Part shown: positions 18,562 through 28,079 of the stretch, one piece after another
Numbering within the stretch: the first letter of the stretch is position 1
Layout of the letters: every line of letters begins with the position of its first letter
Assembly: GCA_035063585.1 (NCBI GenBank)
Contig: JAPSGB010000006.1
Location: 32,001 to 96,000 of the forward strand
Length of the DNA: 64,000 bases
Source: Polyangiaceae bacterium
Lineage (GTDB): Bacteria > Myxococcota_A > Polyangia > Polyangiales > Polyangiaceae
Reading direction: 5' to 3'
Made by a program: the position numbers and the translations under genes
The notes under the pieces: model-generated
Database searches by the model: none
Told to the model about the DNA's origin: nothing
Seen by the model: only the letters and a program-made list of their open reading frames with translations

Positions 18562-19764
18562 TCAACGACGACGACCGAGCCACGCGAGCCCGAGGAATGC
18601 GAGCCCGAGCAGCGCCGGCGATGACCCGCGCGGCACCTCACCCGCGCGGCACGAGCACCCCGAGTCGTCGCTCGCGGCGCTCCCCGGTTGCGACGTACCA
18701 CCCGGGGAACCGCCGCTGCCTCCAGCGCCACCCGGCGGGCCGCCGGCCGCCGCACCCGAGCTCCACCCGCTCCCCGCGCCGGCGGCGACACCCGCCCCGC
18801 CGCCGGCGCCGCTCACTCCGATCCCGCCCGCGCTGCCGCCCGTGCCCGCGCTGCCGCCCGTGCCCGCGCTGCCGCCCGCGCCGGTGGGAAGGCACAGCGA
18901 GGTGTGGACCGGTCGCGTGTCCGCACAGTTGGTCGGCGACGCGCAGTGCGGCTCGTCGAGGTTCGGCGGCGAGCCGCTGCCACCGACCTCCGCCGGATCG
19001 GGGTATGCGAGCGCGACGCTCGTCCAATAGGGAGTCGTTCCTGGTGGATACTCGATATATCCGAACACCTTCTCCTGATACGGCGCCGAGCCGCCGACCT
19101 TCGGATTCCACACGCCGCGGGTGGAGGCGTGCACGGGGTTCGACGGGTTGTTCGAGTAGGCGAGGCCGTTATAGGCCCAGACCGCGGTATACCAGTCCTC
19201 CACGATGCTCGGCTGGTTGTCGCCGACACAGTTGGTGGCTCGCCACTTCCCCACCAGGATCTGGGTGCCGGTCGCGAGATTGTAGGTCGGGTCGGAGGCG
19301 ACCCGCGCGCGATCGAAGCCGGGCGTCTCGCCTGCGTGCATCCCGCTCGTCACCTGCCCGACACCGTAGCCGCAGTCGAACGAGATGATGGTGCGCGAGG
19401 GGCCGCCGACTTGATCCGCCGGGGTGTCGGGCACACAGAACTGCCGCCACCCCGACTCGACCATCGCGATCGCCTTCAACACTTCGCAGGGAAATCGCGC
19501 GGGCACGTTGTGTAGCGGCTCGGGCCGCCCGCAACCCTGCCCGATGTCGCCGACCGGCGGCCCCGCGCTTCCCCACCCGCTCGGCCCCTGCGAGACGAGC
19601 GCGAAGATGCCCTGCCACTCCTCGATCGACGGATTCGTCCCGCCTGCGGCTTCGACGCCGCAGGCGTGCGAGTTGTTCGAGCTCGACGCCGTGTAGCACG
19701 GGCAGTACGCGCTCGCCGCCGTAGGCGCGAGCGTGATCGAGAGAAACGCGAGGACGCGCCTCAT
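18562..19764 (-). CDS. Secreted lytic transglycosylase-like protein with MYXO-CTERM-type tail
   Basis: SLT motifs AIAMVESG, GYGVGQV, AVWAYNG; Gly linker; GCSCR..hydrophobic..RRR. Confidence 0.7.
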   Translation of the reverse strand: MRRVLAFLSITLAPTAASAYCPCYTASSSNNSHACGVEAAGGTNPSIEEWQGIFALVSQGPSGWGSAGPPVGDIGQGCGRPEPLHNVPARFPCEVLKAIAMVESGWRQFCVPDTPADQVGGPSRTIISFDCGYGVGQVTSGMHAGETPGFDRARVASDPTYNLATGTQILVGKWRATNCVGDNQPSIVEDWYTAVWAYNGLAYSNNPSNPVHASTRGVWNPKVGGSAPYQEKVFGYIEYPPGTTPYWTSVALAYPDPAEVGGSGSPPNLDEPHCASPTNCADTRPVHTSLCLPTGAGGSAGTGGSAGTGGSAGGIGVSGAGGGAGVAAGAGSGWSSGAAAGGPPGGAGGSGGSPGGTSQPGSAASDDSGCSCRAGEVPRGSSPALLGLAFLGLAWLGRRR

Positions 19765-20888
19765 GGCACGAACCCCGCGACGTCCACCCGCTTGCCCGCC
19801 GGGAACGCGAGCGGGAGCGCCTGCCCCGTCTCGGGTGAGAGCACGAACGGTACCGGCAAGCGCCCAGGGAGCTCATGCACGAGCGCCGCCCACCGCCCGT
19901 CCCGGTCGAGGGCGCGCACGCTGTCGACCCCCGCGCCGAAGGGCGCCGAGATCGCCGCACCCGCGCCCATGAGCTTCGAGAGCCCACGCGCGCCGTCCTG
20001 GTTGGCGACCACGCCGCCGCCCGGCCACGCGTGCGGGACGAGCGACATCTGCTTCGACACCGAGAGCCTCACCACCGCACCGCTCACGAGGTCGCGCCGC
20101 TCGGCGACCCACGCTCCGCTCGCGGGATCGCGGTTCGCGTACACCAGCGCGCGAGCCGCGGAATCTACCGAGAAATCCCGCGCAAACGCCGGTATCTGAG
20201 CGGCGATCACGCGCTCCGCGCCGCTCTCCGTGTCCACCGCGACCAGATCCGCGTGCGCGAAACCTACTCGATAAACGATGAGCTCGCGTCCGAGCGCGCC
20301 CGCCAGGAACGTGATGTATCCGTTCCATGTGTAAACGGTGCGGGTCGCGCCCGTTCGCGGCTCGACCTCGTCGATCTCGAGGGCGTCCACCCGTAGCTTC
20401 CCCGCGCGCGCGTCCGCCGGCGCCGGCTCCTCACCGGCGCGCCCGCGCGCAACGAACACTCGCCCGTCCTCCAACACGAGCGGACGGGTGGCGTGGTACA
20501 CGCGATCCACCAGCTTGATCGGCGACTTCCCCGGCTCGAGGCGCATGAGCCACGCGCCCCACGAGGGTTCGCTACGCGGCTCCATGTCCGCCACCGCGAC
20601 GACCGCGCTTGCGCCGGGAAGGGTCCGACCGCGCACCTCGCCGCCCGGGACGTGCTCGAGCACCGCGGCGGGCCGCGCCACGGCGGACGCGCCCGCTGGC
20701 TGAAGGATGAGCTCGGTCCGCGTCCCACCGGGCTCGCTGGCGAGGAGCGCGACGGTCGGCCCATATACCAAAGTATCTGCTTTGGTTTGTCGGTCCGGCG
20801 CGGAACCGGGCGGCTCGCCCCCGTCACTGCACGCGGCCGCGACGACGACGAGCGGCAAGAGAGCTCGTGGGAGTCGAACGCGAATCAC
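19761..20888 (-). CDS. Hypothetical lipoprotein (probable beta-propeller)
   Basis: Lipobox AAAC; 4-nt overlap with next gene. Confidence 0.65.
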   Translation of the reverse strand: MIRVRLPRALLPLVVVAAACSDGGEPPGSAPDRQTKADTLVYGPTVALLASEPGGTRTELILQPAGASAVARPAAVLEHVPGGEVRGRTLPGASAVVAVADMEPRSEPSWGAWLMRLEPGKSPIKLVDRVYHATRPLVLEDGRVFVARGRAGEEPAPADARAGKLRVDALEIDEVEPRTGATRTVYTWNGYITFLAGALGRELIVYRVGFAHADLVAVDTESGAERVIAAQIPAFARDFSVDSAARALVYANRDPASGAWVAERRDLVSGAVVRLSVSKQMSLVPHAWPGGGVVANQDGARGLSKLMGAGAAISAPFGAGVDSVRALDRDGRWAALVHELPGRLPVPFVLSPETGQALPLAFPAGKRVDVAGFVP

Positions 20889-20968
20889 TCATGAAGAATA
20901 CGCCAGAAGCGGCCGCGCTTGAAGACGCCGCGCCCGCTGCTCCGCGCGGTTCCGCGCCGAACCGGCAC
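20787..20968. repeat. Inverted doublet of the REP-like element
   Basis: 20787-20807 minus (20/21) and 20948-20968 plus (18/21). Confidence 0.65.
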
Positions 20969-21049
20969 CCATCCCGAGAACGGGGTGGCCGAACACGGCG
21001 AGCGCGCGCGGCTCGCCGTGCTCCGAGGCTCAACGACTCTGCGACGCGC

Positions 21050-22714
21050 TCACGGCTGAAAGACTAGGCTGCCCTTCGCTCCGTAAAACACGTACTTCCC
21101 GTTGGTCTTCTCGTGTCGCGTGCAGACCCCGAGGTAGTAGTCGTCTTTCGGGAGATCGGTAACGGTCGCCGAAAGATGGACCATGCGCTTCTCCCCAAGC
21201 GATGCCGCTCCGTCGGCCGCGACCGGCACGCCGCCGATGATCACGGGGGAAGGTGTGGAGGCGGCGACTGGCATGTAGCAAATGGCAAAGTCGAGTCGGT
21301 AGCCCGACTGGGGCAGCCCGCCTTCGGGATCGTAGCCGACCACGAGATCAGCGGAGACGTGCGCGATCGAGGCGTTGCTCGCGAAGAACAAGCGCACCGG
21401 CTTCAGGATGGCGCTGCACGATCCGCCGGCCGGCTCGATGAACGTCCACTTCGAAGTGGTGACCTGCGCGCTACACGTCTGGTTGTCGACGAGCGAGTAG
21501 AGACTCCCTGGGCCGGGCGGGCCGACGGGCCCCTGCGCGCCAGGCGCACCGGTCGCACCGGTCGCGCCAGTCGCACCGGTCGCGCCAGTCGCGCCGGGAG
21601 CGCCGGGAGCGCCATTGCAGGCGTAGGTCGTCGCGCCACCGACGGTGAACGCTGCGCCGCCGTTCGGGCAGTTCGGCCCTGGGGCGACGCTCATCGCGAC
21701 GACGGAGTCACCCTTGGGTCCCGTCGCGCCGGTCGAACCCGTCGCTCCGGGATCGCCCTTGTCGCCCTTCGGGCCGGGAGCGCCGGTCGAACCCGTCGCT
21801 CCAGGATCGCCCTTGTCGCCCTTCGGGCCGGGCGCGCCGGTCGAACCCGTCGCTCCAGGATCGCCCTTGTCGCCTTTCGGGCCGGGCGCGCCGGTCGAAC
21901 CCGTCGCTCCAGGATCGCCCTTGTCGCCCTTCGGGCCGGGCGCGCCGGTCGCGCCTGCTGCGCCGTTGCAAGCGTACGTCGTCGCGCCACCGACCGTGAA
22001 GGACACGCCCCCCGTCGGGCAATCGGCACCCGGCGCCACGCTCATGGCGATCACGGACTCGCCAGCAGGACCGACGGCCCCGGGGGGACCCGCTGGACCT
22101 TCGGGCCCCTGTGGACCGGTCGCCCCGCCCGGAGATCCGGGCGGCCCCTCGGGACCTTGCGGCCCCGCCGGACCTTGCGGCCCCTCGGGACCTTGCGCGC
22201 CCGCTGGGCCGCTCGGACCCGCCGGCCCGGTCAAGCCCGAGGGATCGCCGACCCACTGCCCATTCTCGTCGATGACCGTCTGCCCGCCGACGCTCACCGT
22301 GCGCGGGGTGATATCACCGACCGCGTTGCCGGCGACGAGCGCGTACGGCACCGAGACGAACCTCACGCGCTCCATCGGCTCGTCCTGGTCCACGGTGAGC
22401 TCGAGCCAAAGCTCGGGCGCGGTCGTGACGATGGTAGGGTCGAGCGCCTCGACCTCGCCGAGGTTCACCGAGAAATGGCCATTCGACACCGCGAGCGCGC
22501 TTGCGCCGTCGCGCACCTCGACCCAGAGCGCGGTCGTCGAGTCCTTGCTCGCATAGAGCGCGAACACGACCGGCACGCTGCCGTCAATCAGCGCTCCTTC
22601 GCTGTCCGTGAGCTGCCCTTGGACGGGAACCAGCGGCGGCACCGCGGCGCGCGCTCGAGCCGAGCTCGTGACGATCGCGAGCGCCAGGAGGGCGAAGAGG
22701 CTCCGCAGCTTCAT
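21050..22714 (-). CDS. Secreted collagen-like protein
   Basis: Signal peptide; QGQLTD..VVFALY..LWVE N-domain; long Gly-X-Y runs; two CPxGG..YACNG modules. Confidence 0.85.
   Translation of the reverse strand: MKLRSLFALLALAIVTSSARARAAVPPLVPVQGQLTDSEGALIDGSVPVVFALYASKDSTTALWVEVRDGASALAVSNGHFSVNLGEVEALDPTIVTTAPELWLELTVDQDEPMERVRFVSVPYALVAGNAVGDITPRTVSVGGQTVIDENGQWVGDPSGLTGPAGPSGPAGAQGPEGPQGPAGPQGPEGPPGSPGGATGPQGPEGPAGPPGAVGPAGESVIAMSVAPGADCPTGGVSFTVGGATTYACNGAAGATGAPGPKGDKGDPGATGSTGAPGPKGDKGDPGATGSTGAPGPKGDKGDPGATGSTGAPGPKGDKGDPGATGSTGATGPKGDSVVAMSVAPGPNCPNGGAAFTVGGATTYACNGAPGAPGATGATGATGATGATGAPGAQGPVGPPGPGSLYSLVDNQTCSAQVTTSKWTFIEPAGGSCSAILKPVRLFFASNASIAHVSADLVVGYDPEGGLPQSGYRLDFAICYMPVAASTPSPVIIGGVPVAADGAASLGEKRMVHLSATVTDLPKDDYYLGVCTRHEKTNGKYVFYGAKGSLVFQP
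21726..21941. repeat. 54-bp tandem repeat, 4 copies ([18 protein letters not shown])
   Basis: Units start at 21726, 21780, 21834, 21888. Confidence 0.95.
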
Positions 22715-23001
22715 CGCGCACCTCCGGAGCGATTCGGGGTCACGCCGAGCTCGGCGCGATGGCGCGGGCTCTTCGCGGATCCGGCGATCGGCGGGCCGAG
22801 CGTGAGCGTGGCGCGATAATTCTTGGACTTCAGCTCATGGCTGCTCGTCGCGGGCGCGATCCAGTCGCCCACCGCGGGCGCGCAGGTACCCGTCGTCTCG
22901 CACGCCCTCGGCTTCCGCGCCTTCTCGTCACCGGCGCAGCCGGCCACGAGAGTCGACAGGAACAGCGCAACCATCCCATATCGGTTCAAATATCCCCGCA
23001 T
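22711..23001 (-). CDS. Small lipoprotein coupled to the collagen-like gene
   Basis: Lipobox LVAGC; GGAGGA RBS; 4-nt overlap with downstream gene. Confidence 0.65.
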   Translation of the reverse strand: MRGYLNRYGMVALFLSTLVAGCAGDEKARKPRACETTGTCAPAVGDWIAPATSSHELKSKNYRATLTLGPPIAGSAKSPRHRAELGVTPNRSGGAR

Positions 23002-23063
23002 CATCACTCCTCCGTCGTCGAAGACAAGCAACGCTGCGCGTCAGCCCCGCGCCCGCGGCCTCG

Positions 23064-23093
23064 ACGCTAGGCTTCACTCGCGGCGCGCGTCAA
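23064..23093 (-). promoter_or_regulatory. Putative sigma70-type promoter for lipoprotein-collagen operon
   Basis: TTGACG-N18-TAGCGT on minus strand. Confidence 0.45.
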
Positions 23094-23126
23094 TCGGCGC
23101 CGCGCTCGGCGCGTTCGCCGAGCGCT

Positions 23127-24806
23127 CTAGGCCGGTAGACGACGACGGCGAGCGAGCGCCAGCGCGAGGATGAACGCAGTAAACACGAGCGTGTGAGGCG
23201 CACCATGAGCGCCGGCGCGCACGGCGCACCCGCCGTCATCCTGCGCGTCATCCCCGTGCCCACCGCTGCTCCCGGACGCTCCCGCGCCGCCACCGCTCGA
23301 CGCGCCACCGCTCGACGCGCCACCGCTCGACGCGCCACCGCTCGACGCGCCACCGCTCGACGCGCCACCGCTCGACGCGCCGCCGCTCGACGCGCCGCCG
23401 CTCGACGCGCCACCGCTCGACGCGCCACCGCTCGACGCGCCACCGCTCGACGCGCCACCGCTCGACGCGCCACCGCTCGACGCGCCACCGCTGCCACCGA
23501 CGCCGCCGTCGGGCGTGCCAGGTCCTCCGGCGAGCTCGTAGGCGCCGATGTCGAGCGCGCCGTCGTCGGGACGCGGTTCGGCCGTGCCCGGCGCGATGAG
23601 CGTGCGCCGCGGCGGGTGGAAGAGCGGCCGCGGGAGCGGCGCGGGGAACTCGTGACCCGGCGGCGAGGTCGTCGGAAGGGCACCCTCATCGACGAGCGCG
23701 CTCCCCGCGGCGGGGCGAAAATCATCGCGAGACGCGTCGATGAAACCGGGGCTCGCACCGGTGATGGTGCTCGTCCACGCGCTCGGCACCGCGCCGGCTC
23801 CGGTCACGACGAAATTGTTCTGCCCAGCGATTTGTTCACCGGCGACCCAGGACGCCTCCGCGGTGCGCGTGATGTTGAACGCCCCGCCGTCTCTCCAAAA
23901 CACGTTGTTGTGCATCTCGACGGAGTCGACGCCGTCGAATATGCGAAATGCGGTCGAGCCCGAGCCGAAGCCGATGAACGTATTGTTTACGAAGCGGTAG
24001 CGCCCGTTCGTCTCGCCGGTTCCGTCGCCGCCGACCCGCACGAAGGAGAAATCCCGCCGTTTCACCAGCACGTTGCCGACCACGTCGGAGTCTTCTCGGC
24101 GCAGAGACGCGCTCACGCCGCCGTCTGGGTCGGGGCCGATGAGCTCGAGCTCATGGTAATATGCCCCCTCTATCCAATTATAATAGATCTCGTTCCGCTC
24201 CGCGCGCGACTTGACGTTGTTGCCGCCGTTTCCATCATGGACGTAGCAGAACTGCATGCGAAATACCGCGCCGGGGTGCGCGGACTCGTCGGTCGCCATG
24301 TAGATCTGATGATCGCGATCTCCGCCGCCCGAGCCGTAAAACTCCGAGTACTCGAGCAGCAGCGAGCCGGAGTCATTATCGGCGCCGAGCAGCCCCTGCT
24401 TCGGGCAGTCGTGAATGACGCTGTCTCTGATGGTGATGTCGTCGGCGTGATGAAAGAAGCAACGTGAGCCGCCGCCCGTGATCTCGAGGCCTTCGAAGAC
24501 GTAGTGATCGGCCGACGCGTCGATGGTGTTCGTACCGCCGTTCAAGATGGGGCGCCTCCCGCCGACCTTCAGGCCGCGGATGGTGATCTTGGCCCCCGCG
24601 TCACCTGGGCGTGTGAACCGCACGGCCGGGTAGGTCGCGCCACCGTCGACCTCGACCACGTCACCGGGTGACACCAGAGCCGCGATCGCCCCGAGGTCCC
24701 GGTACGTCCGCGTGGGCCCGACTTGGTAGGTGGCCGCGCTCGCGAGCGACGGGATGAGCGACGCAAACCCGCCCGCGAGGGCCATCAGAGTGACACGACC
24801 TGACAT
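23127..24806 (-). CDS. Secreted right-handed beta-helix (pectin lyase-like) protein with MYXO-CTERM-type tail
   Basis: PGDVVEV, ITIRG, NNTF, NNVF, DIGAYE; (SSGGA)n linker; GGCAV..RRRR; GGGAGG RBS. Confidence 0.8.
   Translation of the reverse strand: MSGRVTLMALAGGFASLIPSLASAATYQVGPTRTYRDLGAIAALVSPGDVVEVDGGATYPAVRFTRPGDAGAKITIRGLKVGGRRPILNGGTNTIDASADHYVFEGLEITGGGSRCFFHHADDITIRDSVIHDCPKQGLLGADNDSGSLLLEYSEFYGSGGGDRDHQIYMATDESAHPGAVFRMQFCYVHDGNGGNNVKSRAERNEIYYNWIEGAYYHELELIGPDPDGGVSASLRREDSDVVGNVLVKRRDFSFVRVGGDGTGETNGRYRFVNNTFIGFGSGSTAFRIFDGVDSVEMHNNVFWRDGGAFNITRTAEASWVAGEQIAGQNNFVVTGAGAVPSAWTSTITGASPGFIDASRDDFRPAAGSALVDEGALPTTSPPGHEFPAPLPRPLFHPPRRTLIAPGTAEPRPDDGALDIGAYELAGGPGTPDGGVGGSGGASSGGASSGGASSGGASSGGASSGGASSGGASSGGASSGGASSGGASSGGASSGGASSGGASSGGGAGASGSSGGHGDDAQDDGGCAVRAGAHGAPHTLVFTAFILALALARRRRLPA
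23289..23490. repeat. 15-bp tandem repeat, about 13 copies (SSGGA linker)
   Basis: gcc(a/g)ccgctcgacgc repeated. Confidence 0.95.
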
Positions 24807-24827
24807 TGACGTTCCTCCCTCGAGCGA

Positions 24828-24848
24828 GGTTCCGCGCCGGACCGACAT
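24828..24848 (+). repeat. Dispersed 21-nt REP-like element (21/21)
   Basis: GGTTCCGCGCCGGACCGACAT, intergenic just downstream of gltA. Confidence 0.75.
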
Positions 24849-24877
24849 CAGCCCGGCGCGGCTTCCCCCGCGTGAAG

Positions 24878-26155
24878 CTAGAGCTTCAGCGTACCACGGT
24901 CTTCGAAGGTGCGCTGCCGCTCGCCCGTGTAGACTTGGCGCGGGCGGTGGATTCGATATCCGTGCGGATCGTTGCGCTGCTCCATCCAGTGCGCGATCCA
25001 ACCGGGCAAGCGCCCGAGCGCGAACATGACGGTGAACATCTCGGTCGGGATGCCCATCGCGCGGTAGATGATGCCACTGTAGAAATCGACGTTCGGGTAG
25101 AGCTTGCGCTGGATGAAGTAGTCCTCGCTGAGCGCCGCCTCCTCGACCTTCTTCGCGAGATCGAGGAGCGGATCGTGGATGCCGAGCTTGTCGAAGATGC
25201 CGTCGGCCGCAGCCTTGAGGAGCTTGGCGCGAGGGTCGAAATTCTTGTAGACGCGGTGGCCGAAGCCCATGAGCTTCGCGCCCGAGTCGCCGCTCTTCAC
25301 GCGCTCGAGGAACTTCCGGTAGTCGCCGCCGTCCGCCCGGATTTGCTCGAGCATCTCGATCACGGCCTGGTTGGCCCCGCCATGACGCGGACCCCAGAGA
25401 CCGCAGACCGCCGCGGCGATGGAGGCGAAGAGATTCGCCTCGCTGCTGCCGACCATACGCATGGTGGAGGTGCTGCAGTTCTGCTCGTGGTCCGCGTGCA
25501 GGATGAGGAGCATGTTGAGCGCCTCTTCGAACGGCTTCGCTACCACGTAGTCTTCGGCCGGGACCGCGAACATCATCCGCAGGAAGTTGGCGGGCCAGCT
25601 CAGATCGTTGCGCGGATAGATGAACGGTTGCCCCACCGACTTCTTGTACGCGAACGCCGCCAGTGTCTTCGACTTGGCGAGCATGCGGATGATGTTGAGA
25701 TTGAGATCGTGCTCGTTCTCCGGATAGAAGGTCGAGAGGGACGCGATCATCCCGGCCATGATCGCCATCGGGTGGCTCCCGGCGGGATAGCCCTCGTAGA
25801 ACTTCTTCATGTCCTCGTGGAGCAGGGTGTGCCGCGTCATCTGATCGCGGAACTCCACGAGCTGCGCCATGGTCGGTCGCTCCCCGTAGATGAGGAGGTA
25901 GCAGACCTCGGTGAAGCGCGCGCGGACCGCAACCTCTTCGATGGGGTAGCCGCGATAGCGCAGGATCCCCTTCTCGCCGTCGATGAAGGTGATGGCGCTC
26001 TCGCACGAACCGGTGTTTCCGTAGCCCGGATCGAGCGTGATGAGCCCGGTCGAGGACCGGAGCTTCGCGATGTCGATCGCCTTCTCGCCCTCGGTGCCTT
26101 CGACGACCGGGAACTCGTATTCCTTCCCATCGTAGATGAGTCGCGCTGTGCTCAT
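24878..26155 (-). CDS. gltA: Citrate synthase (type II)
   Basis: ITFIDGEKGILRYRGY, LHADHEQNCST, HGGAN, GFGHRVYKNFDPR, YPNVDFYSG; AGGAGG RBS. Confidence 0.97.
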   Translation of the reverse strand: MSTARLIYDGKEYEFPVVEGTEGEKAIDIAKLRSSTGLITLDPGYGNTGSCESAITFIDGEKGILRYRGYPIEEVAVRARFTEVCYLLIYGERPTMAQLVEFRDQMTRHTLLHEDMKKFYEGYPAGSHPMAIMAGMIASLSTFYPENEHDLNLNIIRMLAKSKTLAAFAYKKSVGQPFIYPRNDLSWPANFLRMMFAVPAEDYVVAKPFEEALNMLLILHADHEQNCSTSTMRMVGSSEANLFASIAAAVCGLWGPRHGGANQAVIEMLEQIRADGGDYRKFLERVKSGDSGAKLMGFGHRVYKNFDPRAKLLKAAADGIFDKLGIHDPLLDLAKKVEEAALSEDYFIQRKLYPNVDFYSGIIYRAMGIPTEMFTVMFALGRLPGWIAHWMEQRNDPHGYRIHRPRQVYTGERQRTFEDRGTLKL

Positions 26156-26378
26156 TTTGTCCTCCTGAACCATCTGCTCATGTCCTGGACGCCGTCGGCG
26201 CCTCGCCGGCGATCCGCCCCGCGCCCGAAGACGCTGGAGACTCGCCACGCTCGCCTTCGCCCGTGCGGGGTCGGGTATGCTCGGGTCTCCCTACCAGATC
26301 CGGGGCTGCATGTAGAGTGGTCGTTGCGGTCTACGCCCGCGGGAAATGGGTCGAACGGTGCGCAGGCGTCCAGGCTTC

Positions 26379-26888
26379 TCAGGGGCGAGGCTCGACGCTC
26401 TCGGAGAGCTCCTCGAGGAGCGCTGCGGCCCGCTCCTCGTCTAGACCGAGGCCCTCGCAGAGCTGGTCGTAGAGCCGGGACTCTTCGGGTGTGACGGCGC
26501 CGTCCGCGACCGCCACCGCTGCGGAAAGCAGGATGGTGGTCTCGGCGCGGACCGGGTCGTCCGCCAGACGCGCGATGACGTCCTCGAGGCACCGCTCTTC
26601 GCCGACCTCGGCGACCCGCTTGGAAGCGGCGTCGATCATGGCCTCCATATGAGCGGTGCGGACGCGGCCCTTCGAGAGGACGTCCAGCGCGCCCCGCATG
26701 ACCATGCGCTCGACGTTCAGCACGCGCTTGTCAGCCGCCATCATCAGGTACATGGCCTCGCACATCGGGCCATACTCCTCGACCACCTCCATCGCCTCGA
26801 TCAGGGCGGCGTTCGTGGTCGGGAAGGCGACGGACCTCCGCGAACCACGCCGCTCGAGCTCGTCGCGGAGCCTCTCGAGCCGGGGCAT
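26379..26888 (-). CDS. TerB-like family protein (start uncertain)
   Basis: MYLMMAADK..AVAVADGAVTPEE..LGL. Confidence 0.7.
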   Translation of the reverse strand: MPRLERLRDELERRGSRRSVAFPTTNAALIEAMEVVEEYGPMCEAMYLMMAADKRVLNVERMVMRGALDVLSKGRVRTAHMEAMIDAASKRVAEVGEERCLEDVIARLADDPVRAETTILLSAAVAVADGAVTPEESRLYDQLCEGLGLDEERAAALLEELSESVEPRP

Positions 26889-26981
26889 GGCGTGCTGGAG
26901 CATGTGCGAAGGAGGATCCCGTGGAGGTCCGGAGCATACACCCCGCGCGGAAGATCCGGAAGCCGAGCTAGAGTCGCCCCC

Positions 26982-28010
26982 GTGGAACCTCGCGCGTCCG
27001 TCCTCGTCACCGCGCTCGCAGCGACCGCGCTGGCGAGCTGCGCGCGCAGCGCCGAACCATCCGAGCGCGCGGCTCCCAGCGCCGCCCCGTCGGCGACGGC
27101 CGCTCGACCGGTCCGTGAGCCTGCCCCGAGCGAGCCCTCGCCGAGCGCGCCGTTCGTCGCGCCGCTCGGCGAGGCGGAGCGGGGGCTCGTCGAGGACGTG
27201 CGCCGCACGCCCGGGCTCGCGAATCATGCCGCCCTCATCAGCGAGCACTTCGGCGCTGCCACGACCCTCGCCGTGCAGTCCGTCGCGCTCGGCGAGGCGC
27301 GGCGGTTCGTCCTCCTTCACCGCGCGCACGGCGCGCCCGAGCCGCTCCTGCTGCTGCTCGGCGCGGGTGACGCGCTGGTCTGGGAGAAGCGGCGACCGCT
27401 CGCGGGGATCGTCGCGGCGTCCGAGCACATGGCGATCACCGGCGGCCCCCACGGGAACCTGGTCATCTTCTTCTGCGAGACGTCGACCGGCCTGGTCGGG
27501 CAGCGGGTGTGGGGACGCGACGGCGACGTGTTGATGGACGCGGAGGTCATGGGGCCCACCCGGTGCGACGCGCTCTCGGCGCTGCATTGGCCGGGCCGAG
27601 GCTTCCTCGTCGCGGTGGCCACCGAGGACTCGGCCAAGCTCGAGCTTGCGGGAGAGGACGGGCGAAACCGCTGGGGAGGCCGCGAGGTCGGCTTGGCGCG
27701 CTGGCGAGCCAGCGCCCCGCTCTCCCTCGCGGTGGACACCGACGAGAGCTTCATGGTGTTCGAAGTCGGATACCTGGCCGCGATCCCGGGGAAATCGCTC
27801 CCCGACCACGTCTTCGCCATGCGCTACGACGCAGAGGGGTTGCCGCTCTGGGCAGGGCCGCTCGACGTCGGGCGAATCTCCGGACGGGTGAGCCCGGAGC
27901 GCGCACGGATCGCCGTCGGCCGCGTGGGCCCCGGCAGGGTGCGGGCGATCCTGCCGGGCACCGATTTCGAGGTGGTGGTGAGCTCGATGGGCAAAGTTGC
28001 GCGCGACTAG
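26982..28010 (+). CDS. Hypothetical lipoprotein
   Basis: Lipobox LASC; GTG start 7 nt after TAGAGT. Confidence 0.65.
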   Translation: MEPRASVLVTALAATALASCARSAEPSERAAPSAAPSATAARPVREPAPSEPSPSAPFVAPLGEAERGLVEDVRRTPGLANHAALISEHFGAATTLAVQSVALGEARRFVLLHRAHGAPEPLLLLLGAGDALVWEKRRPLAGIVAASEHMAITGGPHGNLVIFFCETSTGLVGQRVWGRDGDVLMDAEVMGPTRCDALSALHWPGRGFLVAVATEDSAKLELAGEDGRNRWGGREVGLARWRASAPLSLAVDTDESFMVFEVGYLAAIPGKSLPDHVFAMRYDAEGLPLWAGPLDVGRISGRVSPERARIAVGRVGPGRVRAILPGTDFEVVVSSMGKVARD

Positions 28011-28079
28011 ACCCCGGTGATGTCGTAGGATTGGCGCCTCTCATCGGCCCATTTCGGCCGGACAGCGTGGAGGACCTCC

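Noticed and set aside
21050..22714. Collagen-like gene as a phage tail fibre
   Set aside because: Has a Sec-type signal peptide and no phage context
26184..26374. 6S RNA call
   Set aside because: Size fits, but I could not identify the central bubble or the usual gene context; kept only as an unnamed candidate
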